60,000 nucleotides of DNA, taken from the NCBI GenBank assembly GCA_038087875.1, contig CM076001.1, positions 1,366,001-1,426,000 on the forward strand, in the 5' to 3' direction. This document shows positions 38,900-50,570 of this stretch, one piece after another. The notes beneath the pieces are model-generated. The model saw only the letters and a list, made by a program, of their open reading frames with translations, was not told the DNA's origin and did no database searches. Position 1 is the stretch's first letter, and every line of letters starts with the position of its first letter. The position numbers and the translations under genes are program-made. The DNA is from Malacoraja senta (lineage: Eukaryota).

Positions 38900-39975
38900 C
38901 CTGGCATTCTTCCCCGGCCTTGAGCTGGATATCTCACCTCCGTGGCGGTGCTGCAGCCGAACGCCAACTGCGCTGCATCGTAGCTGGACTCGTCCCTTGC
39001 CCGGACCAGTCTGCTCCCTTATAGGGATACTTCCGCTTTGGTGAATATGTGGCTGCCGTCTTAGCCTCCTCCTCCAGCTCCTTCACCTGCTGTGCGAAAT
39101 CCTCGCCAAACAGCTGTGCCAGTTGCACTGTGCCAGGCTGGCAGAGTGAAGCATATTTAGCATTGATGGTTGGTCTAATCGCATCTTGCGGAGGCAATTG
39201 ATCTCAAAGTGGGCACTCCACAATAGCGCATTTTGTTGTAATTTGTCATGCCCTCTCCATCCACCATCCTGGCAAAACTCGTTATACCAGATGCCAGCAA
39301 CTTTAAAAATATGCTGGAGCTTCACATGCTCCTGGGCTTTCATTAGTATGCCCATCTTACCCCAATTCTTCCTGTTCCCAACAGGAACTTTTAACAGTCC
39401 ACAGTTGATTGGGGCTTCATACTTCGTTACTGTCTCATCCATTGTCAGCTCCTGTAGCTGATGTGAGACTTGGTAATTTATGCTGGTGGCAAGTTCCTCA
39501 CCCAGAGGCTCACCAGCATCCGACAACATGGCAAACCGTGCTGCACACGGTGTCAGCTCTGACAGCTGCCTGCCCTCCCTTTGGAAGTCGTCGGACTCAG
39601 GGTCAGAGCGTATCTGCCCTTCTGCACTCACCTCTTGCAAAGAGGGTGCTTTCAAGCAGGCCTCTACTAGGCACTGCCAGCGGAGCCGTCCCCACGGCCT
39701 CCCGCCTGCACAACTCCTCCTGGAGTATGGCTTTATGAAGCAGGCCTCTCCAAGGCACTGCCAGCAGAGCCTTCCCTAAGGCTTCCCGCCTGCACAACTC
39801 CTCCTGGAGTTGTGGCTTTATGAGGCAGACCTCTCCTAGGCACTGCCAGCGGAGCCTTCCCTATGGCTTCCCGCCCACACAACTCCTCCTGGAGCGTCTC
39901 TGTGGAGCAGCCCCTGTATGAGCTGCTCCTTTTGGATAACCGCTGGGGAACGGTATCCTGTCCCCGACGGGACTC
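38900..39975 (-). pseudogene. DIRS ORF1 (gag-like), disrupted
   Basis: Long minus-strand ORF pieces including KYEAPINCGLLKVP and QLFGEDF; position upstream of pol. Confidence 0.7.
39654..39895. repeat. About 84-bp tandem repeat, 3 copies, within DIRS ORF1
   Basis: Units start at 39654, 39738 and 39823. Confidence 0.9.
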
Positions 39976-40408
39976 TCATGGCCCGACTCTGCGGAGTCTA
40001 TAGCCCTTACTGACTTGGGTTATGCCGACCGCCCGACTGGCGGTGGCTGTGTACCCGGCTGGGCACTTTCTGAAGTCTGTCGCCGCACCGCTACCGGCTT
40101 GCGACTCCCCCGAGGTGACAGGCTGCCTTTCAGAGACTGCGTCCCGCAGCTCTCTCTCTCCTTGTCGGCAGCAGCCTGCACCTTTCCCTTGTTCCTGCAT
40201 ATGGGGGAAAAAACACACAGAAACAATTTCTCTACTTTTTTCTAACTCCTCCAAAGTCTCCCCGACTTTGGTGGAGCTGTATTTACTCACGTTGCAGCAG
40301 GAGGTCCGAGCTCCCGCTGCCGTTCGCACCAATGCGTCCGACGTAATGACGCGCATGCGCCCTGACGGGGTTCTTCACGTAGTCACTCACGTGACTCCGA
40401 AGTAAAAT

Positions 40409-40585
40409 TATCTATCTCTGCCTTAAAAAAAATTCCATTGGCTTGGCCTCTACAGACTTCTGTGGCAATGAATTCCACAAATTCATCACTCTCTGACTAA
40501 ATAAATTCCTCCTCATCTTCTTCCTAAAAGAACATCCTTTAATTCTGAGGCTATGAGTTCTGGTCCTAGACTTTCCCTTGTGGTA
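40409..40585 (-). mobile_element. CR1 fragment (continuation of 35461-35589)
   Basis: tatctatctctgccttaa...; RTHSLRIKGCSFRKKMRRNLFSQRVMNLWNSLPQ. Confidence 0.9.
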
Positions 40586-40689
40586 AAGTCCAAGAGTCCT
40601 GTTAATGAGGGAATTGCACAACTTTGGCCTAGGGACTGTGAAAGCTTGTGTTATTTTTCCAAATCCTCTGATTTAGTTTGAAATCTGCC

Positions 40690-41200
40690 AGTGGCGACAT
40701 CCCACGTACCATTTCTAGTCCTTCCTGGATATAGAGGTCACATATTTAGGAGGTGTAGCTGAAGGAACCTTGGTGAGTTGCTGCGATGTATCTAATAGAT
40801 GGCACACACCACAATCACTGTGTGTCCAGTGGTGGGAATGTATGTTTAGTGTGGCAGATGGGGTGCCAATTCAGTAGCTGTTTTATCGGTGACACTGGTC
40901 AGGCCTTGAAGGGTTGTTGGAGTTCCAGGCCAATGTAGAGAGTTCCACAATGCTCCTGACTTGTGCCTTGTAGTTTATGATATGGATTTTTAAGTCAGGG
41001 TTGCAATCATTAAATCACAAAACCTCCACCCTTTGTATGGTTCTTGCACTTACAGCATTTATGTGCATCCAATTGGGCTTCTGGTCAACAGTGGCTTCCA
41101 GGATGTTGTCATTAAGGGAAATAATTGATGGAAATGCCATTGAATATGAACTTGTTGGAGCTTAAACATGGTGCTTGGGTAATGTCAGTACCTCAGCTTG
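40690..41200 (-). mobile_element. Ancient CR1/L2-group LINE 3' fragment
   Basis: Minus strand YKAQVRSIVELS (cf. YKAQVRSxMEYS) and NILEATVDQKPNW..HIN (cf. ILGVTIDQKLNW). Confidence 0.65.
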
Positions 41201-41951
41201 GATGCTGCCTAGTTTTTAATATCTACAGGCATGATGTGCTTCAATATGCTGTGAAATCTACCTGAATTACAAATATTAAATGCTGCTCCAGTCATTTCCA
41301 CCTTACTCATTGGTGGATACTTCCAGAATTTGAGCACAGTGAAGATGAGGGAATGATAATATATTTCCAACAGGAATGGTATGTGGAAGGAAACCCAGAA
41401 GTGGGATGTTCCCTTTCATCATACATTTGGTCCAGATAAGATGAGCTTCATAAGACCATAAGACAAGAGCAGTATTAGGCCTTTTGGCCCATCAAGTCTG
41501 CTCTACCATTCAATCACGGTAATTTACTTCACTTTTTGTCAATTTACCAATATAATACCAATAGTACATTCATTTGATCCATTCAGTTTTATCTTAACTT
41601 GATTCTTCATTCATACAATTTGAATAATGTTGAAGAAGGTCATACAAGTATTGTGAAGACCTTTTCTGAATAAGGACAGATGGCACAGGACACAAACGTG
41701 TAGATCAACGTCTCAAAATTAGCTTCCAGGCATGCTTTGCCCATCTTTAGACACCACTGCCCCCTTCCAGGATATTCTTGTGTTCACATGTCAGATGCAC
41801 AGAGGATCCAAAAAGAAAATTGCAAATATCAAACCACCTCCAGTGTGAACTCCCAATGTTCTTTTACATTTTATTTCTCATTGAAATTGAATCACGCGGC
41901 GCTGAAGAACATGGCGCAAAATGGCCGAGTATCTAGATGGTTTCAAATATT

Positions 41952-41970
41952 ACTCCATCTAGTGGCTGGG
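41952..41970 (-). promoter_or_regulatory. Candidate CTCF-binding site
   Basis: Minus strand cagCCACTAGATGGagt matches the core of CCACYAGRKGGC; motif match only. Confidence 0.35.
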
Positions 41971-43406
41971 ACTAACTAGGACAAAACTCACCCAACTAAA
42001 GCAGGTTAATTTGTGTAACTTATTGCCTTGAGACACAAAGCCCTGGCAACCTTTTACCTTGCAATACGGCACTCATTGGCACATGTACCTGAGGCTTTTG
42101 CCATGTAATATTTTTCCTCCATTAAATAACATTAATAGAGCAAACCAAACAGCATTCCCTCTGCACCCTAATGTTTCAGCATTCAGCTGTTTCATATTTA
42201 ACTTTACATCATCATTACCAAAACCTTTATATATTTAGAACGGCCAAAGCAATTTTGAAAATTCTCGTATTTTGCCACAAGCAATATATGCAGTTAATAA
42301 GATTTTGGTTTGGAATGATGCCATATAGACCACATTTTTATTGTAGATGAATCCTGAATTAAATGGCTTCAGGTTCTGTTTAATGTTAATGTCAACATTG
42401 ACAGAGTTGGGGCAGCTCAAGCAGAATGCCCTTACTGCAGCATGTTACTGACAGCTATTTGCAAGGTTAATGCCATACAAAACAACATCCATCTTTGTAG
42501 CAGTTTCATTAGCCCCTTATAGCTGACCTCTCCTCCTAATGTTGTCAAATGTGACACACATCAGATTATTGGGGAATATGGCGATCAATAAATATGCAAC
42601 ACCAGCGGTTAGAGCGCTGCTGGCATTATTGCTGCAAAATGCCATAAAACATAGCAAAGGGTAGTCATCATCTGTCACAATCTACTAATAAAGAGACAGG
42701 CTTAAGGGGAAAGCTATCAATAATAATATATTGTAAGAGTAATGATGAACAGAACAGAGAATATAGTGCCTAGATGCTGATGCATTATTGTTCAGAATAG
42801 GCAGGCAGTAGACAAACATATTGAATGAGCATTTGAACTGTCCCTAATTAGATGCACAGCCTGTATGACCACATTTCCCTCAACAGGATCCCTTATTTTC
42901 AATGTACCAGTGCTGGTACAATGTATACCAGCGTTAAAAGTTCTCGCTCAGACTGTGTGGCTGTTTATAATGTAACCTGGACTACTGATGAGAGAACATG
43001 TATTCATATAAGTGAGATGATGTGATTAATGTATCTTACTTAAATTCGCCCGCAAACTGCAGTCACACAAATTGCAATTGTGGGAATGTAGTTGATTCTT
43101 TGCTCACTCGAAGTAGGAATAGTCTCGTAGAAGAACAAATCAGACGAATGCAACTTATGAAAAAAACAAAACCACTAAGAAATACTTTTCAAAAATCTGT
43201 GTATATCCATGGAGATGTTTTACAACAAATACAGCATTATAAAATACAGCAATTGGATTTTGCTGTAAAAAATATCATCAAGGGCTCCTAAAACTTTACA
43301 GCATAGAAACAGACCCTTTGCCTTATTAACTCCGTACTGGGAATTTCCTTCTCTCCATGATTTATCTTTAATTCATGCTGAATTGTCTCGACATCACACG
43401 CATGTT

Positions 43407-43762
43407 GGCAGCACAGTGGTGCAGCTGTTTGTGTGGCTACCTCAGAGTGCCAGAGTTTCAGGTTTGTTTCTGATCTTGGGTGCTGCCTGTTGGAGTTTGC
43501 ATGCTCTCTCTATGACTGGCATGATTGCTCCTGGTGCTCTGGTTTCCTCCTATACCACAAAGATCCGCTGGTAGGTTAACTGATTACTGTAAATCACCCC
43601 CTCAAGTAGATTAATGGCAAAAGAAATCAAAGGAAAGTTGGTAGCTAAATGTGAGAGAGAATGAGTTGCAGGAGGGTCGGGTAATAAGGAGATGGGGAAC
43701 AGGACCAATGGGAACTGGCATGGATCTACTTTGCCAAATGGTTTCTTCTGTATTGTTGTAAG
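43407..43762 (+). mobile_element. Older V-SINE/HE1-type SINE
   Basis: ggcagcacagtggtgcagc...gggtgctgcctgttggagtttgcatgctctc...ggtgctctggtttcctcc. Confidence 0.8.
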
Positions 43763-44139
43763 TGCAAGGTATGATAAAGCAGTTACCCCAAGAAATTAAT
43801 TAGTTTCCACAACAATCTGTGATGGAGAATAACAGATTTGACTCTCCTCTGTGTAATGGATATACTTTCCTCTGCTTTCTTTTGTGATTTTCTCAAAATC
43901 AGGCCCCCTCGCTCATCAGACCAACAACTGGTGCAAGGCCAAAGAAATCACAGAAAGAACAGCTTCCCACTGCTTTGTGATTAAGCAACAACCGTTTACA
44001 CAAATGGTCTCAGAAAGATAATACTGAGAGATATAACTAAGAACCCCAGAAATGGTAGGATTTCACTCTTATCAGGAAGACGAGGAAGTCCAGAAATGGA
44101 AATTACTTTCTTCTTCTTTAAAATGAACTTAGGGACTTA

Positions 44140-44530
44140 AGCCCCTGTCCCACTTAGGCGATTTTTCGGAGACTACAGGCGACTAGGTTGTCAACGCATG
44201 GTCGCGGGGTGACACCTGTATGGTCGTGAGTAGTCTCCTCAAGTCGCCAAAAGAGTTGTAACGTTTTTCTGGTCACCGCTGGATTTTGAAATGTTCAAAA
44301 CTTTTCGGCGCCTGTGGGCTTGACGCAGCTTGTCTTCTCCTCTCGTAGGTTGTCGCCAGGATGACGCAGGTTGTCGTCAGGTGACGTTGGTTGTCGCCAG
44401 GTGCTGACTTCGGTGAATTCCATTGGCGACTACCAACGTCAACCTACGTCAACCGGCAACAGGTACCGGCGACTGAAATGTCTTCAGTTGTCTTCAGTTG
44501 TCGCCGACAGGGTCGTTGCTTGTCGCATTG
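44140..44530 (+). mobile_element. PIF/Harbinger-type MITE, truncated (one TIR only)
   Basis: tta|agcccctgtcccacttaggcg, same TIR family as 21517 and 34463; CpG-rich (gtcg/cgac) body; no right TIR found. Confidence 0.75.
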
Positions 44531-45074
44531 CATTGAAAATAGCTACGTAATCACTAATCAGAGATGGTGGTGGAAGCTACCATGAACTGTTGTTGTGTTC
44601 AAATGAGCTATTACACCGAATCTTCATTTACCCTCTCCGAAATTTGGAGGTTCCTAGGAAACTATTAGAAACAAAGGGTTCATCTCCTGATGACACAAAA
44701 TGTATCCCACAAGTAACCTTCAGTGATCAAGTCAATGTTGTTTGTTGGAGCTAGTTATTCACATATTGCCTGCTTTGTGTCCTATATGACAATAATGACT
44801 ATACTTCTAAAATCTCTTCTCAACCATTTAACACTTTAAGATATCCTAAGGCTAAGTTATATGACTGCAGAAACAGAATTTCGTATGAACCTCATTTGAG
44901 GTCCAAATGATAATAAACGGTATTGTATTGTATTGTATTGTATTGTAAGTCATAATACTTTATTTGTCCATTTATCTTATAATGATACAATATTGTTTAT
45001 GCCATCTTCTCTAATTATGTTTCCCTTATTATATGCATCCTTCGGTCAGATACTCCTAGATACTAGGAATATCA

Positions 45075-45470
45075 CACAAAACACAAAGTACTAGAATAAC
45101 TCAGTAGGTCAGGCAGCATCACTGGAGGACATGGAAAAGGCAATGTTTTGAGTCAGGACCCTTCTTCACATTGTTTGTACTAAGGGAGAGGGGGGCGGAG
45201 AAAGCAGGAAAAGAGGTGGGGGCAGTGCAAAACTGGCAAGTGATAGGTGGATACAGGTGAGAGGGGTTTTGATTGGAGATGGGCAGACAAAATCTAGAGG
45301 TAAAAAGGAGATTAAAGAGAGTGAGATAAGGAGAGAAGAGGAGTGAAATAGGAAGCCAGTGGAAGGGATATGTCTGGAAGGGGACAGTGGCAAGGGGATT
45401 GGGGGCACAGGAGTGGGAGAGATGGTGTGCACAGGGAAGAGAGGGGGTAAAAGTGAGGGGAAGTTCTGGT
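45075..45470 (-). mobile_element. Penelope 3' UTR/end relic
   Basis: aataactcagtaggtcaggcagcatc...gacccttcttca followed by a purine-rich tract similar (reverse complement) to 23595-23930. Confidence 0.7.
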
Positions 45471-46394
45471 TCAATCTTGGAATATTGCATTATAGTATGC
45501 ATTTGCTTTCCATTCACATAAGCTTGACACAAAAGCCATCACATAAACATTAACAATACGTGTAAGCTGATTTTGGTTCAATTCTATTTGGAGCTGCTTC
45601 CATTTTACCTGCTGGGGTTCCTCGGGCTCAACCACATTATGGGGAAAAATTCAGTTAAATATTTGGCTTGTATGATCATTTGATTTAGTCTTTCAGCGAA
45701 TGATATACTTTTTCATTATTCAGAAGAGCCATCCCATCACCAATGTGAGAAAATGATTAAAATATTAAGTATTAAAATATTAAAGATATTACAATATCTT
45801 CCTCTTTATCAATTATTTTGTTTTTTACATTGAAGTTTCTGCATTAAAAGTACTATTCATTAAAAAAATATTCATCATCTCCTATTATAATGTGATGTTA
45901 TCCTTTAATAGAGTGTCACCCGCACATTATCTTAATAAATGAATGAAAAATCAAACATGCTTTAGTCTTCATTGAATTGTGCTAAAGGTCTGGCTGCATT
46001 TCAGCTCATTAATTTTACTCTGCTTCCAGCAATTCTGCAAATGGTTGTCCAGTATCCTAGGACACGAGCCGCCATAACAACCCAGCGGCCCTATAAAGCA
46101 ACAAAAGGTTTTGTCTAGAACCGTGATGAACGGTTGAAGCTGATAATGCCCAGTATTGAACAAAATATGGTTTGCTTAACATTAAAAGCACAACTTCAAC
46201 GTGCTTCCAATAGTCTCATTGGGTCTTAGATATCACCAGCAGTTGTAACTGGAATTGCAGGCATTCGTGAGTTGAAACTGTACCTAAGTCTTGGACTTCT
46301 ACACACGTGCTATCCAATCCAAGAGCCTGGATGTCTGAATGGAAAGGTTCTCTGCTGTGCTGTTCCCTCTATAGATCCATCAATGGGCCATCAT

Positions 46395-46557
46395 ACTGGT
46401 GGAGCTCAAACTGACTGAAGTACCCCAGTGGTGGAGCCTAAACTAACTGAAGGACCCCAGTTGTGGAGATCGGTCTGACTGAAATGCCTCAGTGGTGGAG
46501 CTCAGAGTATCTGAAATGCCCCAGTGGTGGCGCCCAGACTGACTGAAATACCCCAGT
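46395..46557. repeat. 32-bp diverged minisatellite, about 5 copies
   Basis: agtggtggagc..a.actgactgaa.t.cccc units. Confidence 0.85.
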
Positions 46558-48121
46558 AAACCAGTCTGGCCCTGCCCAGTGCAGGGTCCCTCCTAACATC
46601 AGTGGCCAGCCCTTCTCCTTCATGGTCTCTACACTTGGTTGGCTCCTGCTTCCTGCCTTGCGCAGTGTGGTTGAGCAGGCAAATCAGAGTGGACCAGTTG
46701 TATTGCTCTCTAGTCACACAACTCCTTTATTTCCAGATCACATCTGGACATGGTCCAAGCTGATGTGGGAAACGACTGGCGATTCTGGACAGGGAATCAG
46801 GAGAATCAGGCCCACAAGATCCCACTGAAAACTGTTTACCACTGCCATTAGTCTAATACAGAGATATGATATGAAATAATACATTTGCAAAGAACATTGA
46901 CACATTGAAATTTTTTTTGCTAATATGAGTTTGTCTATTTTTTAATCAATCTGAGAATTTAATTGACAAGATCAATGTTTAAACAAATAACTGAGCCCTT
47001 CCCAAATCCACTGAAATTAAACTCATAACCATAAAGTCACAATGTTCCAATTTTGACTTACACCTTGCCCGTGTTAATCAATTGGATGGAGATATTTCAT
47101 TATCTGGGTTAAAGTAACATCTAATGCAACCTCTAACCAGTTTTATATCCTTTTCTGATTATATTTATTTCTCAAGGGAGAGGACTCTAGTACTTGTTTA
47201 AAAGGTCTCTTTAGACATTGTGATCAATTTCAAGCCTTTAAGCATGGCAGATCTTTTATAAAGAGTTTCACTAACTCAGACTTCAAAAGGCTGGGACTGA
47301 TAGCCCGAAAATTGAGCTGTATTGAGTGTCGTAGCAATCTGACCATAAAAGCGGTCTTGTTCTTCATACACCTTTCTATGTGCCCAGTTAGAATAATAGC
47401 TGAGGAAAAGACCTAATTATGGGTAATCAATGGCTGAAAAAGAGCTAGTGATTATTAGTGACAGACCACTGTACAGACCATAATGTACTAGTATTAAACT
47501 CTGTCACTAGCTTTCAATAGAGAATAAAAAGAAATACAAAATTCACTCATTATTTCAACCATCTGGGCATGGATTTTTATGATGTGTTAATTACGAAGAG
47601 AATTGTTAATGTTGGTGAACAGATTGTTTGTTGTTTCAATTTGGTTGAGGTAGGTGTTCCAGGGTCAGTTATAATGATTACCCAAACACAAAGCATTACT
47701 CTAGCCTGGAGATGATTGTATTTCTCTTTCCCCATATGTTCCAGCTATGTAATTTGCAGCTCAACCCATTGTTAGGAGTAGTTAGTATTTTGCTAAATTG
47801 AAACTGTCAGCAACTAATACAGTTGTTTTCGCAATACAAGTAGCAATTCCCAGCTGCCCGAGTGTACCTTTGGTGTTCTGTTAAACACATACCAAAACTG
47901 ACAAGACATGACTTTGCATCATTTCAAGAGGAAACGCCAAAAGTAGTTTTAGATCATACATCATGGGACATAAAATTAAGGCATTTGTGTGAAATTCCTT
48001 CCTCTGCTCTTGTAATGTGACATGACCCATCCCATACCGAGACTCAATTAGAAGGTCAAGAGGCAAAGATCGGTGATTTTGCTCCGATTGTTTTGCACTA
48101 CAGAAGCCAATTTATCGTTAC

Positions 48122-48250
48122 AAAGAAGGGTCTCGACCCTTAACGTCGACCATTCCTTCTCTCCAGAGATGCTGCCTGTCCTGCTGAGTTACTCCAGTAT
48201 TTTGTGTCTACCTTTGATTTAAACCAGCATCTGCAGTTCTTTCCTACACA
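48122..48250 (+). mobile_element. Penelope-end-derived short element
   Basis: aagaagggtctcgacccttaacgtcgaccattccttctctccagagatgctgcc...ttctttcctacaca. Confidence 0.8.
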
Positions 48251-48598
48251 TACTTGCCATATACATACATATAATGCTCTTGGCCCACAAGCACTATCTT
48301 GTAAGAACTTTTGGTGTTCTCAGATACTGCCCACTGGAATGATGGGGTGTGTCCAAGTCATGCATTTTGAGATCAAAGGTCCGATCAACACTCTTAATCG
48401 AGTACAGCTCAACTTGCAATCAGGAAGTTCCACATTCTCCCCAGCTTGATTCCCACAGGTTGGAACCCAATTGATTTCCATTGCTGTTGCTACAATTACA
48501 AATTATTTGGTACCTTTTCAAAGTCCCAAGTGAGTGTAGTAGCAATGATGGGTGATTTCAGGACTTCAATATAAACCAGCATAGGTGACATTATTAGA

Positions 48599-48826
48599 TG
48601 TGTAGGAAGGAACTGTAGATGCTGGTTTACACTGAAGATAGACGTAAAATGCAGGAGTAACTCAGTGGGACAGGCAGCATCTCTGGAGAGAAGGAATGGG
48701 TGATGTTTCGGGTCGAGACAAATGAGTCTGAAGAAGCGTCTTGACCCGAAACGTCACCCATTCCTTCTCTCCAAAGATGCTGCGTGTCCCGTTGAGTTAC
48801 TCCTTAGGCATTTTGTGTCCATCTTT
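48599..48826. mobile_element. Palindromic Penelope-end-derived element
   Basis: Inverted arms centred near 48722; ggtgacattattagatg and ggcattattagatg flank the element. Confidence 0.8.
48721..48762 (+). ncRNA. Candidate minimal type I hammerhead ribozyme
   Basis: aatgagt-CTGAAGA-a-gcgtc-tt-gaccc-GAAA-c-GTC|acccatt: conserved core boxes, helix II, palindromic ACGT helix III, 6/7-bp helix I. Confidence 0.55.
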
Positions 48827-50224
48827 GGCATTATTAGATGATTCTCTAGAGAGCACACAGGATTAAAAGATGCTACAATGGAGGGGATAAGGATTGTCAC
48901 CAGAGGCCATGTTACCTGGGGTACTATGGAAGCAGTTCTTCCATTTGAATTTCGGCAAAGGACTACTTGATGCATCTGCCTGGCAATAAGGGTGCCCATA
49001 CTGAATCTTTCCCCTTCTTGCTGCCACAATACCTACACTGGAGCAGGGCAAGTTCGTACAGTGAGAAGAGAAAATGATTCCTACAGGAGGCTGGACAGGA
49101 TTACAAAATTCAGAGCAACAAAGCACTAATGAGATGAAAAAGGCTGTGCACCATAATTGATTGTTAAATTGATAAAAATAATCAGTTTTTAATTTTATTA
49201 CCTGTTTTGCTCCATTTTGACCTCTTTTGCATATGCGTGATGTCATCTAATGGGAGCTTGCGGATGTAAATGAATTATTATCCTGCTTTGGAGCTGGGAG
49301 GTTTATTCTAATTGATGTTGAATCATTTGTATATTTTACAAAATTCAGTCAAGTTCAGGCTTAATTAAGCAGTGTGGGAAACACACTTGCAAAAACATTC
49401 TGTGGAGCCACAGAGCATCACAGACAGCCTCTCGCAGATATATGCACATACAGCCCCATAATATCTCTGTTTTATTACTGCTTTTACAGGAATAATTGCG
49501 TTCACAATAAGAAACACTGTAGTTACATTATCAATTTTCTGCTAAAAACCTTTTTAGTAGACCAGCGAAAACTACATTAATTAAATGTAAGTGCTTTGAG
49601 CTATGGTGTGAAATTCAGCTGAGCCATTACTATGAATTACACTTATTATTGCTGTAATTATTTTCCCTTGGCTGAACCTGCATTTTCATCCCCTGCTACT
49701 AATGTTGAACATATTAGCATGTTCTGAACTGTACCATACACCAGAAGCTGCTGGAAAATCACACAAATAAAATCACCCTAAAGCATAGCTCACTGCATTT
49801 AAGGAGCTTATGGTGCCATTCAATTCAAAGCCCCTTGTGTGCAGCTGGTTTTGTTGTGAAACTGTCACCCATCTACTTTACCAATACTGATTTACATCCA
49901 GTATGAAGCTTCCAGTTGTCACACACACCCTAGATCAAAGCACAGGACATAAGAGGTCCTGGAAATATAAATGGAATAAAATGCAATTGTTAAATATATA
50001 TATTTATTCTATTATTACATTTGCTGAAATTATAATCAATTCAAAACAGGAATGATGTCTCCCTGGAATACTGTTCTCTATTCAGTTGTAGTGGAAGTGA
50101 ACCAAACATTACAAATCCTTTTATTTAGAACTTTCATAGTCAAATGACGTCAAGTACCATGCATTTCATAAGCAATGGAAATTTGAAATTTAATGCACTA
50201 TATTTATTGTATGTTTTTCTATTT

Positions 50225-50570
50225 GTACCTGGTGTTATTGGCTAGGCTGCAATATATTGCCACCCCCTGCCTTAGACAAGAGTGGCTGGCGGGGCAATTA
50301 TTAAGGGCAATTAAAAACCAATCAGGCTAGTGCAGTAAGGCAGGTAAGGACAGTGTATTTCCTTCTCAGAAGAACATTAGTGAAGCAGATGAGCTTTGGT
50401 GACAATTCAGTAGTTTCATAGTCACCATTATTGATTATGAGCTTTTTATTCCAGGTTTATACAATTAATTGAATTTAAACTCCTTTTCCCATGGTGGAAT
50501 TTGAACTTGTATCTCTGGATCATTAGTTCAGGTCTGGATTATGAGACCAGTAACCACAGTGCTACTGTGT
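50225..50570 (-). mobile_element. Ancient tRNA-derived SINE
   Basis: Minus strand cacagtagcactgtggttactgg..ataatccagacc..aagttcaaattccaccatgg (B box), then a body ending in a LINE-like 3' end. Confidence 0.6.

Larger units (their letters stand above)
35590..40408 (-). mobile_element. DIRS1-like tyrosine-recombinase retrotransposon, structurally complete
   Basis: Inverted terminal repeats (35662-35696 is the exact reverse complement of 40347-40381); internal complementary region 35818-35929; gag, RT/RNaseH/MT and YR relics in canonical order. Confidence 0.95.
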
